A DNA stretch of 36,697 nt, from positions 1 to 36,697 of the forward strand of contig JACPAV010000038.1 of assembly GCA_016180645.1 (NCBI GenBank). The letters run 5' to 3'. The stretch's first letter is position 1. The number at the start of each line of letters is the position of its first letter. Source of the stretch: Nitrospirota bacterium (lineage in GTDB: Bacteria > JACPQY01). Position numbers and translations under genes: made by a program. A model generated the notes under the pieces. The model saw only the letters and a program-made list of their open reading frames with translations, was not told where the DNA came from and made no database searches. Of this stretch, positions 25,772-34,300 are shown one piece after another.

Positions 25772-27888
25772 AACAACGAGGCGGGATCCGCGCAAAAGTG
25801 TTCACCGCCCTTGGGGTGCTGTGGATCATCACTCTGGCGAGTCTCCTCGCCAGCCTCAAGTACTTCGAAAGCATCTACGAGCGCGTCCTCGTGGAAAAAG
25901 CGAACATTGTGGGCTTGAACCTCCGGAGCGATATCAATGAAATGCTCTCCCTGGGCCTCTCCATCGGGGAGCTCGAAGGGCTTCAGAAAGACGTGGGTGA
26001 TCTCGTGTTCAAAGGCTTGGGCCATGGCAAAGGGACGACGGTCCTGCGAACGAACCTCGCCTATGTTTTCATCACCGATCCTACCGCAAAGGTCCTTTAC
26101 CACAGCCATGTCTCCGAAATCGGCAAGACGTTTACAGATCCCTTCACACTCCGCACGATTTCGGCACGGGAAAGCCTGACCGGCCACTCCATGTTCCAGG
26201 GGCACGAGGTCCTGGACATTTCCATCCCGATTGTGAGCGATCAGGTGGGCGAGGGCATTCTGGGGGTCGTTCGACTGGGCATTCCAGAGGATGAAATCAA
26301 CAAACAGACGCGTCCGCTGTGGATGATTACGATCGCCCTCCTGGCCACCGTCGGCCTTGCGGCCTTTTTCCTGATGTGGTTTCTTTCACGCTCGTTGATC
26401 ATGCCGCTCACGCATCTGATTCGGAACGTCCTGAACGTGGCGGAAGGGGATTTGTCTGAGGAGATCACGATCCAGACGCGGGACGAACTCGGCCACCTGT
26501 CCACCAGCTTCAACAGCATGGTCCAGCGGCTCAATTTCATGTTTCAGCAGATCAAGGGAGCGGCGAAGAAGGTGTACGATGCCTCCGATACGATCACAAA
26601 CTACTCCCGGCAGGTGAACGAGGGTTCGCAGCTTCAGAAGGAATCGGTCGTGGAAACGTCCACCCATATCGATTTCATGAAAAAGAGCGTTACCGATGTG
26701 GTGGACAAGGTGAACAGCCTGAGCGACAGCCTCACGCGAACGTCGTCCGTTCTGCTGGAGATGCAGGCGGGGGTGGAGGAAATCGGCGATTCCGCGGATC
26801 ACCTCCTGGGATACGTCGAGGAGACGTCGTCCTCCGTGGTGCAAATGTCGGCGGCCACCAAGCAGATATACGAGAGCTCGTCTCAACTCTCCAGGATGGC
26901 GGAGGACACGGCCTCCTCCATGCAGGAAATGGCGGTGTCGATCCGCGAAGTGCAGCAGCAGGCCACGGAGACCAGCGAGATGGCGGACCAGATGGCGGAA
27001 CGCGCGAACCTGGGGCGCGAGCAGGTGCAGTCGTCGATACGTGGAATCAAGCAGATTGAAACCGCGTCTCAAGAGGCCAGCCACGTGATGGTGACACTCC
27101 GGGAGCGAACGGAGGAGATCGGGAAGGTGGTGAAGGTCATTTCCGACGTGGCGGAGCGGACGAACCTTCTGGCCCTCAACGCGGCGATCATTTCGGCCCA
27201 AGCCGGCGAATATGGACGGGAGTTTCGTGTGGTTGCCGATGAGATCAAGGCGCTGGCCGATTTGACCTCCCAGAAGACCAAGGAGATCAGCGGGATCATC
27301 ACCACCGTGCAGGACGAGAGTGAGAGGGCGAAGAACTCTGTGGGCGCCATCGTGAGTTATGTGAATGAGGGTGTGAGGCGGGCGCAGATGTCCGGGGAGG
27401 CGCTCGAGCGGCTCCTCGAAAGCATCAAGAAGACGCGTGAGCGGATGATGTTCATTGTGAATGCGACCAAGGAGCAGAGCCTGTCCAGCCGGAAGGTGAA
27501 CGAGGCCGCGAACGAGACTTACAGCATGACCCAGGCCATCGTGACCTCCACCAAGGAGCACGTGGCCACCGGCGAGCACATCAAGAAAGCCACGGAGGAG
27601 ATGCGGGAGAAGATGATGCAGGTGCGCGAGTCGATCCAGGGGCACATCAAGTCGGCGGGCCTGATCATGGAAACCTTCAGCGCCGTGAAGACCCTGTTCG
27701 ACGAAATCACCCGGGCTGTCCGTGAGCAAGTAACGGGGGGTGAGCGGATCACACGGGAGATCAGCAAGATTCAGGCGATCAGCGCGCGCCACGGCGAAAC
27801 CGTGGACAAGCTCCAGAACCTGGTGAACGTGTTGATGGAGCAGGCCAGGCTGCTCGAAGAAGGAGTCGGCCGTTTCAAGACGAGATAG
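25768..27888 (+). CDS. Methyl-accepting chemotaxis protein (2 TM, Cache-like sensor, HAMP)
   Basis: HAMP GDLS...RDELG.L..SFNSM and tip TNLLALNAAIISAQAGEYGREFRVVADEIKALA. Confidence 0.92.
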   Translation: MKQRGGIRAKVFTALGVLWIITLASLLASLKYFESIYERVLVEKANIVGLNLRSDINEMLSLGLSIGELEGLQKDVGDLVFKGLGHGKGTTVLRTNLAYVFITDPTAKVLYHSHVSEIGKTFTDPFTLRTISARESLTGHSMFQGHEVLDISIPIVSDQVGEGILGVVRLGIPEDEINKQTRPLWMITIALLATVGLAAFFLMWFLSRSLIMPLTHLIRNVLNVAEGDLSEEITIQTRDELGHLSTSFNSMVQRLNFMFQQIKGAAKKVYDASDTITNYSRQVNEGSQLQKESVVETSTHIDFMKKSVTDVVDKVNSLSDSLTRTSSVLLEMQAGVEEIGDSADHLLGYVEETSSSVVQMSAATKQIYESSSQLSRMAEDTASSMQEMAVSIREVQQQATETSEMADQMAERANLGREQVQSSIRGIKQIETASQEASHVMVTLRERTEEIGKVVKVISDVAERTNLLALNAAIISAQAGEYGREFRVVADEIKALADLTSQKTKEISGIITTVQDESERAKNSVGAIVSYVNEGVRRAQMSGEALERLLESIKKTRERMMFIVNATKEQSLSSRKVNEAANETYSMTQAIVTSTKEHVATGEHIKKATEEMREKMMQVRESIQGHIKSAGLIMETFSAVKTLFDEITRAVREQVTGGERITREISKIQAISARHGETVDKLQNLVNVLMEQARLLEEGVGRFKTR

Positions 27889-27925
27889 GCGCGGGGAGCG
27901 GGGTTCGAAAAAGGGGGCATGCAAA

Positions 27926-28174
27926 ATGAATGATGACAAACCGCAGATTGCTCAGAAAGCGCCGTGCGTCGTGACGCTCGAGCCGGGAAAGAAATATTGG
28001 TGGTGCCGTTGCGGTCGATCTCAGAAACAACCCTTTTGCGATGGATCGCACAAAGCCACGAGCTTCAAACCGGTGCCCTTCGAGGTTTCGGAGAACAAGA
28101 CCTACTACCTTTGTGGGTGCAAACACACCGGGACCCAGCCCTATTGCAACGGATCGCACAAGACGCTTGCCTGA
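27926..28174 (+). CDS. CDGSH iron-sulfur domain protein (two 2Fe-2S motifs)
   Basis: WCRCGRSQKQPFCDGSH and LCGCKHT..QPYCNGSH. Confidence 0.92.
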   Translation: MNDDKPQIAQKAPCVVTLEPGKKYWWCRCGRSQKQPFCDGSHKATSFKPVPFEVSENKTYYLCGCKHTGTQPYCNGSHKTLA

Positions 28175-28199
28175 CCGGTGTGCCGGCAGGAGAGCCATT

Positions 28200-28228
28200 T
28201 TGATTTCCGTCCCCGTCCCCGGTATCCT
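28200..28228 (+). promoter_or_regulatory. Putative sigma70 promoter of tRNA-Asn
   Basis: TTGATT (28200-28205)-17 nt-TATCCT (28223-28228). Confidence 0.5.
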
Positions 28229-28277
28229 TCCTCCCTGGCTGATAGCTGACTGCTGAATGCTCCCAGGCTCAATTCAC

Positions 28278-28350
28278 TCCAGCGTAGCTCAACCGGCAGA
28301 GCGGCCGGCTGTTAACCGGCGGGTTGTAGGTTCGAGTCCTACCGCTGGAG
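28278..28350 (+). tRNA. tRNA-Asn (GTT)
   Basis: Acceptor stem TCCAGCG/CGCTGGA, anticodon stem CCGGC..GTT..CCGG (anticodon 28311-28313), T-arm GTAGG-TTCGAGT-CCTAC. CCA is not encoded (CGA follows). Confidence 0.96.
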
Positions 28351-28373
28351 CGATCTTCTCGCTCTCGCGCGGC

Positions 28374-31300
28374 CTATGGAAGGTTCTGAACTTGCACAGG
28401 GGTGTGGCGATCCACGGTGGTGCCGTCGCCGAGTTGGCCGTAGAAATTGTAACCCCAGCATTTCACCGTGCCGTCGGAAAGAAGGGAACAGGTGTGTTCG
28501 TAGCCATTTGCGACGGTGACACCGCCCGACAGGCCGCTCACGGCCACGGGGGTCGTCCTATCCGCCGTCGTCCCGTCGCCGAGTTGGCCGTAGAAATTGC
28601 GCCCCCAGCATTTCATCGTGCCATCGGAAAGAAGGGAACACGTGTATTCGCGGCCCGCCGCTACGGCGACACCGCCCGACAAGCCGCTCACGGCCACGGG
28701 GGTCGTCTTGTTCACCAGCAGCGTCCCGTCCCCAAGCTGACCATATTGATTATTCCCCCAGCATTTGACCGTGCCATCGGATAGAAGGGAACAGGTGTGA
28801 TCATAGCCCACCACGATGGCCACACCGCCGAACAGTGAAGACACGGCGATGGGCGTTAGGCGATTAGCGGTCGTCCCGTCCCCAAGTTGACCGCTACTGT
28901 TGAGCCCCCAGCATTTGACCGTGCCATCGGATAGAAGGGAACAGGTGTGCCAGTAGCCCACCGCGAGGGCCACGCCGCCGGACAATGAAGACACGGTGAT
29001 GGGCGTTAGGCGATCGGCGGTCGTCCCGTCCCCGAGCTGACCGGAGGGGTTCCACCCCCAACATTTCACCGTGCCATCGGAAAGCAGGGAACAAGTGTGA
29101 TAGTAGCCCCCCGCGACGGCCACGGCACCCGACAGGCCGATCACGGCCGCGGGGGTCGTCTTATTCACCGTCGTCCCGTCCCCGAGCTGGCCGTAGAAAT
29201 TGTATCCCCAGCAATCCACCGTGCCGTTGGAAAGAAGGGAACAGGTTTGATTTCCGCCCCCCGCAACGGCCACGCTGCCCGACAGGCTGCTGACGGCCAC
29301 GGGGGTCGTCTTATTCGCCGTTGTACCATCCCCAAGCTGCCCAGACTGATTGTTCCCCCAGCATTTGACGGTGCCGTTGGAAAGAAGGGAACAGGTGTGA
29401 TAGCCGAAATGGTTCGTTAGACCTTCGCGCCACGGGCGGGCGGGGGCGCCGGAGGCGGAACCTTCGTGGTGGAGGCGGGGGAGCTTGACGCCGAGGGGAC
29501 CGGTGAGACTCGTGACGGCCGTGGGTGTTGTCTTGTACGTCGTTGTTCCGTCTCCGAGTTGGCCGTACCCATTGTTGCCCCAGCATTTCAGGGTACCGTC
29601 TGAGAGGAGAGAACAAGAGTGCTGGTAGCCCCCCGCGACGGAAACGGCATTCGACAAGCTGGAAACGGCGATGGGCGTTAGGCGTTGGGTGGTCGTCCCG
29701 TCCCCAAGCCCGCCGAAGCCGTTGCTCCCCCAGCATTTCACCGATCCGTCCGAGAGAAGAACACAGGTGTGATAGAGCCCCCCCGCGATGGCCACGGCAT
29801 TCGACAAGGTGGAAACGGCGATGGGCGATAGGCGATCGACGGAGGTGCCATCCCCAAGTTGGCCGAAACCGTTGTACCCCCAGCATTTCACCGACCCGTC
29901 TGAGAGAAGAGAACAGGTGTGATATTCGCCTGCCGCGACGGCCACAGCTCCAGAGAGTGCGCTCACCGCCACGGGCGTTGACTTTTTCGCCGTCGTCCCG
30001 TCCCCAAGCCCGCCGTAGATATTGTTTCCCCAGCATTTCACCGTGCCGTCCGAGAGAAGGGAACAGCTGTGATAGGAGCCCCCCGCGATGGCCACGGTGT
30101 TCGAGAGATAGGAGCCCCCCGCGATGGCCACGGTGTTCGAGAGAGAACTCACGGCCACGGGGGTCGTCTTGTCCACCGTCGTCCCGTCCCCCAGTTGACC
30201 AAACATGTTGGATCCCCAGCATTCGGCCGTGCCATCCGAGAGAAGGGAACAAGTGTGAAAGTAGCCCTCTGAGAGGGCCACCGCACCCGAAAGGGAAGAG
30301 ACGGCAACAGGCGCTAGGCGGTTGACGTTGGTTCCGTCCCCAAGTTGGCCGGAGTTATTGTGCCCCCAACATCTTACCGTTCCGTCCGAGAGAAGGGCAC
30401 AGGTGTGTCTGCCCAGATGATTCGTCACGGCTTGGATGACACCAGCCACTGGGGGTGAAGAAGTCGTGGCTGTTTTTTCGACGGTGTTGGTATCGGTGTT
30501 GCCCGCCTCATCCTCCGCACGGGCGACGAAGTAGTAGGCGGTGGTGGCGTTGAGCGCGGTGACGCTGTAGGAGGTGGCGCTGGCGGAGGTCGTGTAGGTG
30601 ACCGTGAAGCTCGTCTGGCAGGTCCCCGCCGTTGTGCTTTGGCAAATTTTGTAGATCAAGGAAGACGCGGGACTCACGGCGTCGGACGCGGCAGACCAGG
30701 AAAGGTCGATCTGGGAGGAGGAGACGGCGGTGGCTGAAGCAAGGCCGGCAAACGTCGGCGCGGTGTTGTCGAACGTAAAAGAAGCATTGGCGGTCGGACT
30801 TTGGGCGTTGGCGGCGTTATCGGTCGCCTTCGACTGAACCGTATACGCCGATCCACTCGCCCACGCCGGCAAGCCGCTCGACTTGCTCCAAGAAGTCGTG
30901 CCGGTTGCCGCGAGCCACGCGACGCCCGCGCCCCAGGCGCTGCCGTCCCAGTACTGGCTGTCCGAATTTCTCTGAATCGTAATCTCCACGGTCTGAACTC
31001 CGCTTCCCGTATCGCTTGCCGATCCGGTAACGGAGGAGAGTGCAGACAGTTTGGCGCCGTTGGCGGGCGCCGTAATCGATGATGTCGGCAAGCTGTAATC
31101 AACCATCACGCTGTTGGAGGCCGCCCACGCAGAAGCGTTTCCCGCATTGTCCAGCGCCCGGACGCAGTTGAAATACGAGGCGCCAAGCGCCAGGCTCAAG
31201 GCGCCGGTCGATTTGGAAGTGACGTTGCCCAGGTTGGCGGTCGCCAGCGTATCGCCCGCGCATGAGCCGGCCGTGCTGATGTTGTAGTCGTAGGACGCTA

Positions 31301-34300
31301 TCCCGTTGGCGTCGGAAAAGCCGCTCCAGTTCGCGGCCATCGTGGTGTTCGAGATTTGATAGGCCACGTCCGCACCTGTCCCGTCGTTCACCGCGCCACC
31401 CGTCGGAAGGGTGGTGTCCAGTGTGATGGTCGCGCTTACCGAGGGGCCTGTGTTGACGTTGCCGCCTGCATCCTTCACCCACGCGTAGACCGTGTGCGAC
31501 CCTTCGACGGCGCTCAGCGTGAACGTGGTGGGCTCCGTTCCCGCGAAACACGCATGGGCCGCGGCCGGAGCGGTCGACTGCGTCTCAGATAGACACCACC
31601 CGACGGCCTGGGCGTCATTCCCGATCGTTGCGTTGACCGGATTGTTGTTCGTGTAGCCCGCCGAAGCCGGGGTCGGGTCGGAGATCGACAGAGTCGGATT
31701 GGGCGGCGGCGTCTTGTCGTTGATCTTGATCGTAACGGAACTCGTGTTCCCGGCTTGGTCCGTCTGTGTGACGTAAATCTGGTCCGAGGCGTCGCCTTGG
31801 TTGTCGCCGATGGCGTAGGCGGCGAAGCTGCCATCGCCCAGTGCTGAGGACTGACCGATGAGTACCGTGAGAAGACCGTCGGAGTAGACCTTGACGGTCG
31901 CGGAGCCTTCCACGGCGCCCACGGCGCCGCTGAGAGTGTCGTTCGTCCCGGACGGATTGGCCGTGACGGCGAGATTGGCTCCCACAGGGGTGGTCGGAGC
32001 GATGGTGTCCAGTGTGATGGAGGCGCTGATGGCCGGGCCCGGGTTCACATTTCCCGCCGCGTCGCGCACCCAGGCATAAACCGTGTGAGGCCCTTCGACG
32101 GCGCTCAGGGTGAACGTGGTGGGTTCCGTCCCCGCAAGGCAGCCGGCCGACTCGGCCGGCTGGGCGGACTGGCTCTCGGACAGGCACCAATGGGAGACGC
32201 CTGCGTCGTTTCCGACCGTCGCATTCACGGGATTGTTGTTCGTGTACCCCGAAGTGGTCGGCGAAGGATCGGCGAGGCTGAGCGTCGGATTGGGCGGCGC
32301 GGCCGTATCGAGAGCGATGGAAGCTGATACGGCGGGACCGCCGTTGATGTTGCCCGCCGCGTCCTTGATCCAAGCGTAGACGGTGTGCGATGTGTCGCCG
32401 GCGCTCAGGGTGAAGGTGGTTGGCTTCGGCGAGACGAAGCAGGCGTCGGCCTCAACCGGAGCGGTGGTCTGAGTTTCGGAGAGGCACCACTTTGAGGCTC
32501 CTGTGTCGCTCGTTATGGACGTGTTGACCAGTGTCGAATTGGTTGATGCCCCGCTTCCGGACGTGGCGTCCGACAACGCCAAGGCTGGGTTGGGCGGCGC
32601 GGTGGTATCCAGCGTGATGCTTGCGCTGACGGCCGGACCCGCATTGATGTTTCCGGCTGCATCCTTGATCCACACATATGCTGTCTTGCCCCCATCTCCC
32701 GCGATCAGCGTCAATGTGGTCGGTTCAGGCGAAACGAAGCACGACGACAGTTCACCGGGGGAGGCGGACTGCGTTTCGGACAGGCACCACGTCGATGCTC
32801 CGGTATCTCCCGTGATGGAGACGTTGACGGTCGCGGCGTTCGTGGCTGTGGCGCTGCCGGAAGTTTGATCGGACAGGCCGAGTGTTGGATTCGGAGGTGC
32901 TGCTGTGTCCAGCGTGATGCTTGCGCTGACGGCCGGACCCGCATTGATATTCCCGGCAACATCCTTGATCCAGATATAGACTGTGTGCGATCCGTCGCCG
33001 GCGCTCAGGGTGAACGTTGTGGGCCTGGGAGAAGTGAAACAGGATGACAACTCGGCTGGCGATGCGGATTGGGTTTCCGACAGGCACCAGAAGGCGGCTT
33101 CCGCATCCCCACCGATGGAGGCGTTGACGGATGTCGAGTTGGTCGTCCCGGTGCTGGACGAGGTTTGATCCGCGACCGATATTGTCGGATTGGGGGGGGC
33201 CACGGAATCCAGCGTGATGGAAGCGGAAACCGCCGGTCCGGGGTTCACGTTCCCCGCGGAGTTCTTGGTCCAGACGTAAAGGCTGTGTGAGCCTTCGACC
33301 GCGGTCAGGACAAACGTTGAGGGTTCCGGACTCGTGAAGCACGGATCGGAGGACGCGGGCTGCGAGGACTGCGTTTCTGAGAGGCACCAGGCCGTGGCAT
33401 CGGCATCATTGCCGATGGTGGCGTTGACCGTTGTCGAGTTGGTGTAGCCCGTGCTGCCGCTTGTCTGGTCCGCCGGCGTGAGCGTCGGATTGGTCGACCC
33501 CGATGTGTTGTTTGTCTTGCTGATGGAGGCCGATGCGTTGCCTGCGGCATCGGTGGCGGTGATGTAGACGGTCGTGTAGAGGTTATCGCCAATGGTCAGA
33601 GCACCGAACGAACCGTTTGCCCCCGCCGCGACCGAAACAACCAGGTTGGTCAACCCCGAATCGCTGTAGATCTTCACGGTTGCAGAGACCTCCACGGCGC
33701 CGAGCGACCCTTGAACGCTGTCCGGGGTTCCCGGAGGATTCTGATTCACGGTGATATTGCCCGATACCGGTGCGGCGGGCGCCGTGGTGTCGACCATCCA
33801 CACGTAGGAAGCGGGAGTGGCGTCGACGTTGTTCGCCTGATCCTTGGCGCGGACGTTGATCGTGTGGGCTCCCGAAGAGAGCGGTCCGGCGATCAAGTGA
33901 GGCGAAGTGCACGAGGCGAAGGCGGCGGCATCCAGGGAGCACTCGAAAGTCGCGCTTGCATCGTTGCTGGTGAAGGACGCGGACAAGCTCGTGGAATTGG
34001 TCGGCGTCACGGAGGGCGCGGTCGATGCGAGGGTGGTGTCCGGCGGCCCTGTATCGAGGACGATGGTATCGCTGACCTGGCTGCTTAAGTTGCCGGCCGC
34101 GTCTCTGAACCTGGCATAGACCGTTTTCGTGCCGTCGCCGGCCGTGAGCGTCCATGGAAAAGACGTGGCGTACGGTTGGTAGGCGCCGTAGGTGAGATTG
34201 TCATTGGAGAAAGCCATTTCCGTGGCTCCCGTGGCCGAAAGGGTCAGCGTAACGGCGGTCGTCGAAGTGAAGGTGGCTCCGGCGCTGATGATGACCGAGG

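Noticed and set aside
8593-27939. Long antisense ORFs (e.g. 8593-10134, 10263-11339, 13233-14405, 26386-27939)
   Set aside because: These are shadow ORFs expected opposite high-GC genes, with no family motifs.
28257-28784. 175-aa plus-strand ORF
   Set aside because: It overlaps tRNA-Asn and is antisense to the RCC1 repeats.
28374-30425. Diversity-generating retroelement acting on the RCC1 repeats
   Set aside because: No reverse transcriptase or non-coding template repeat is in the window, and the differences are not clearly adenine-specific.
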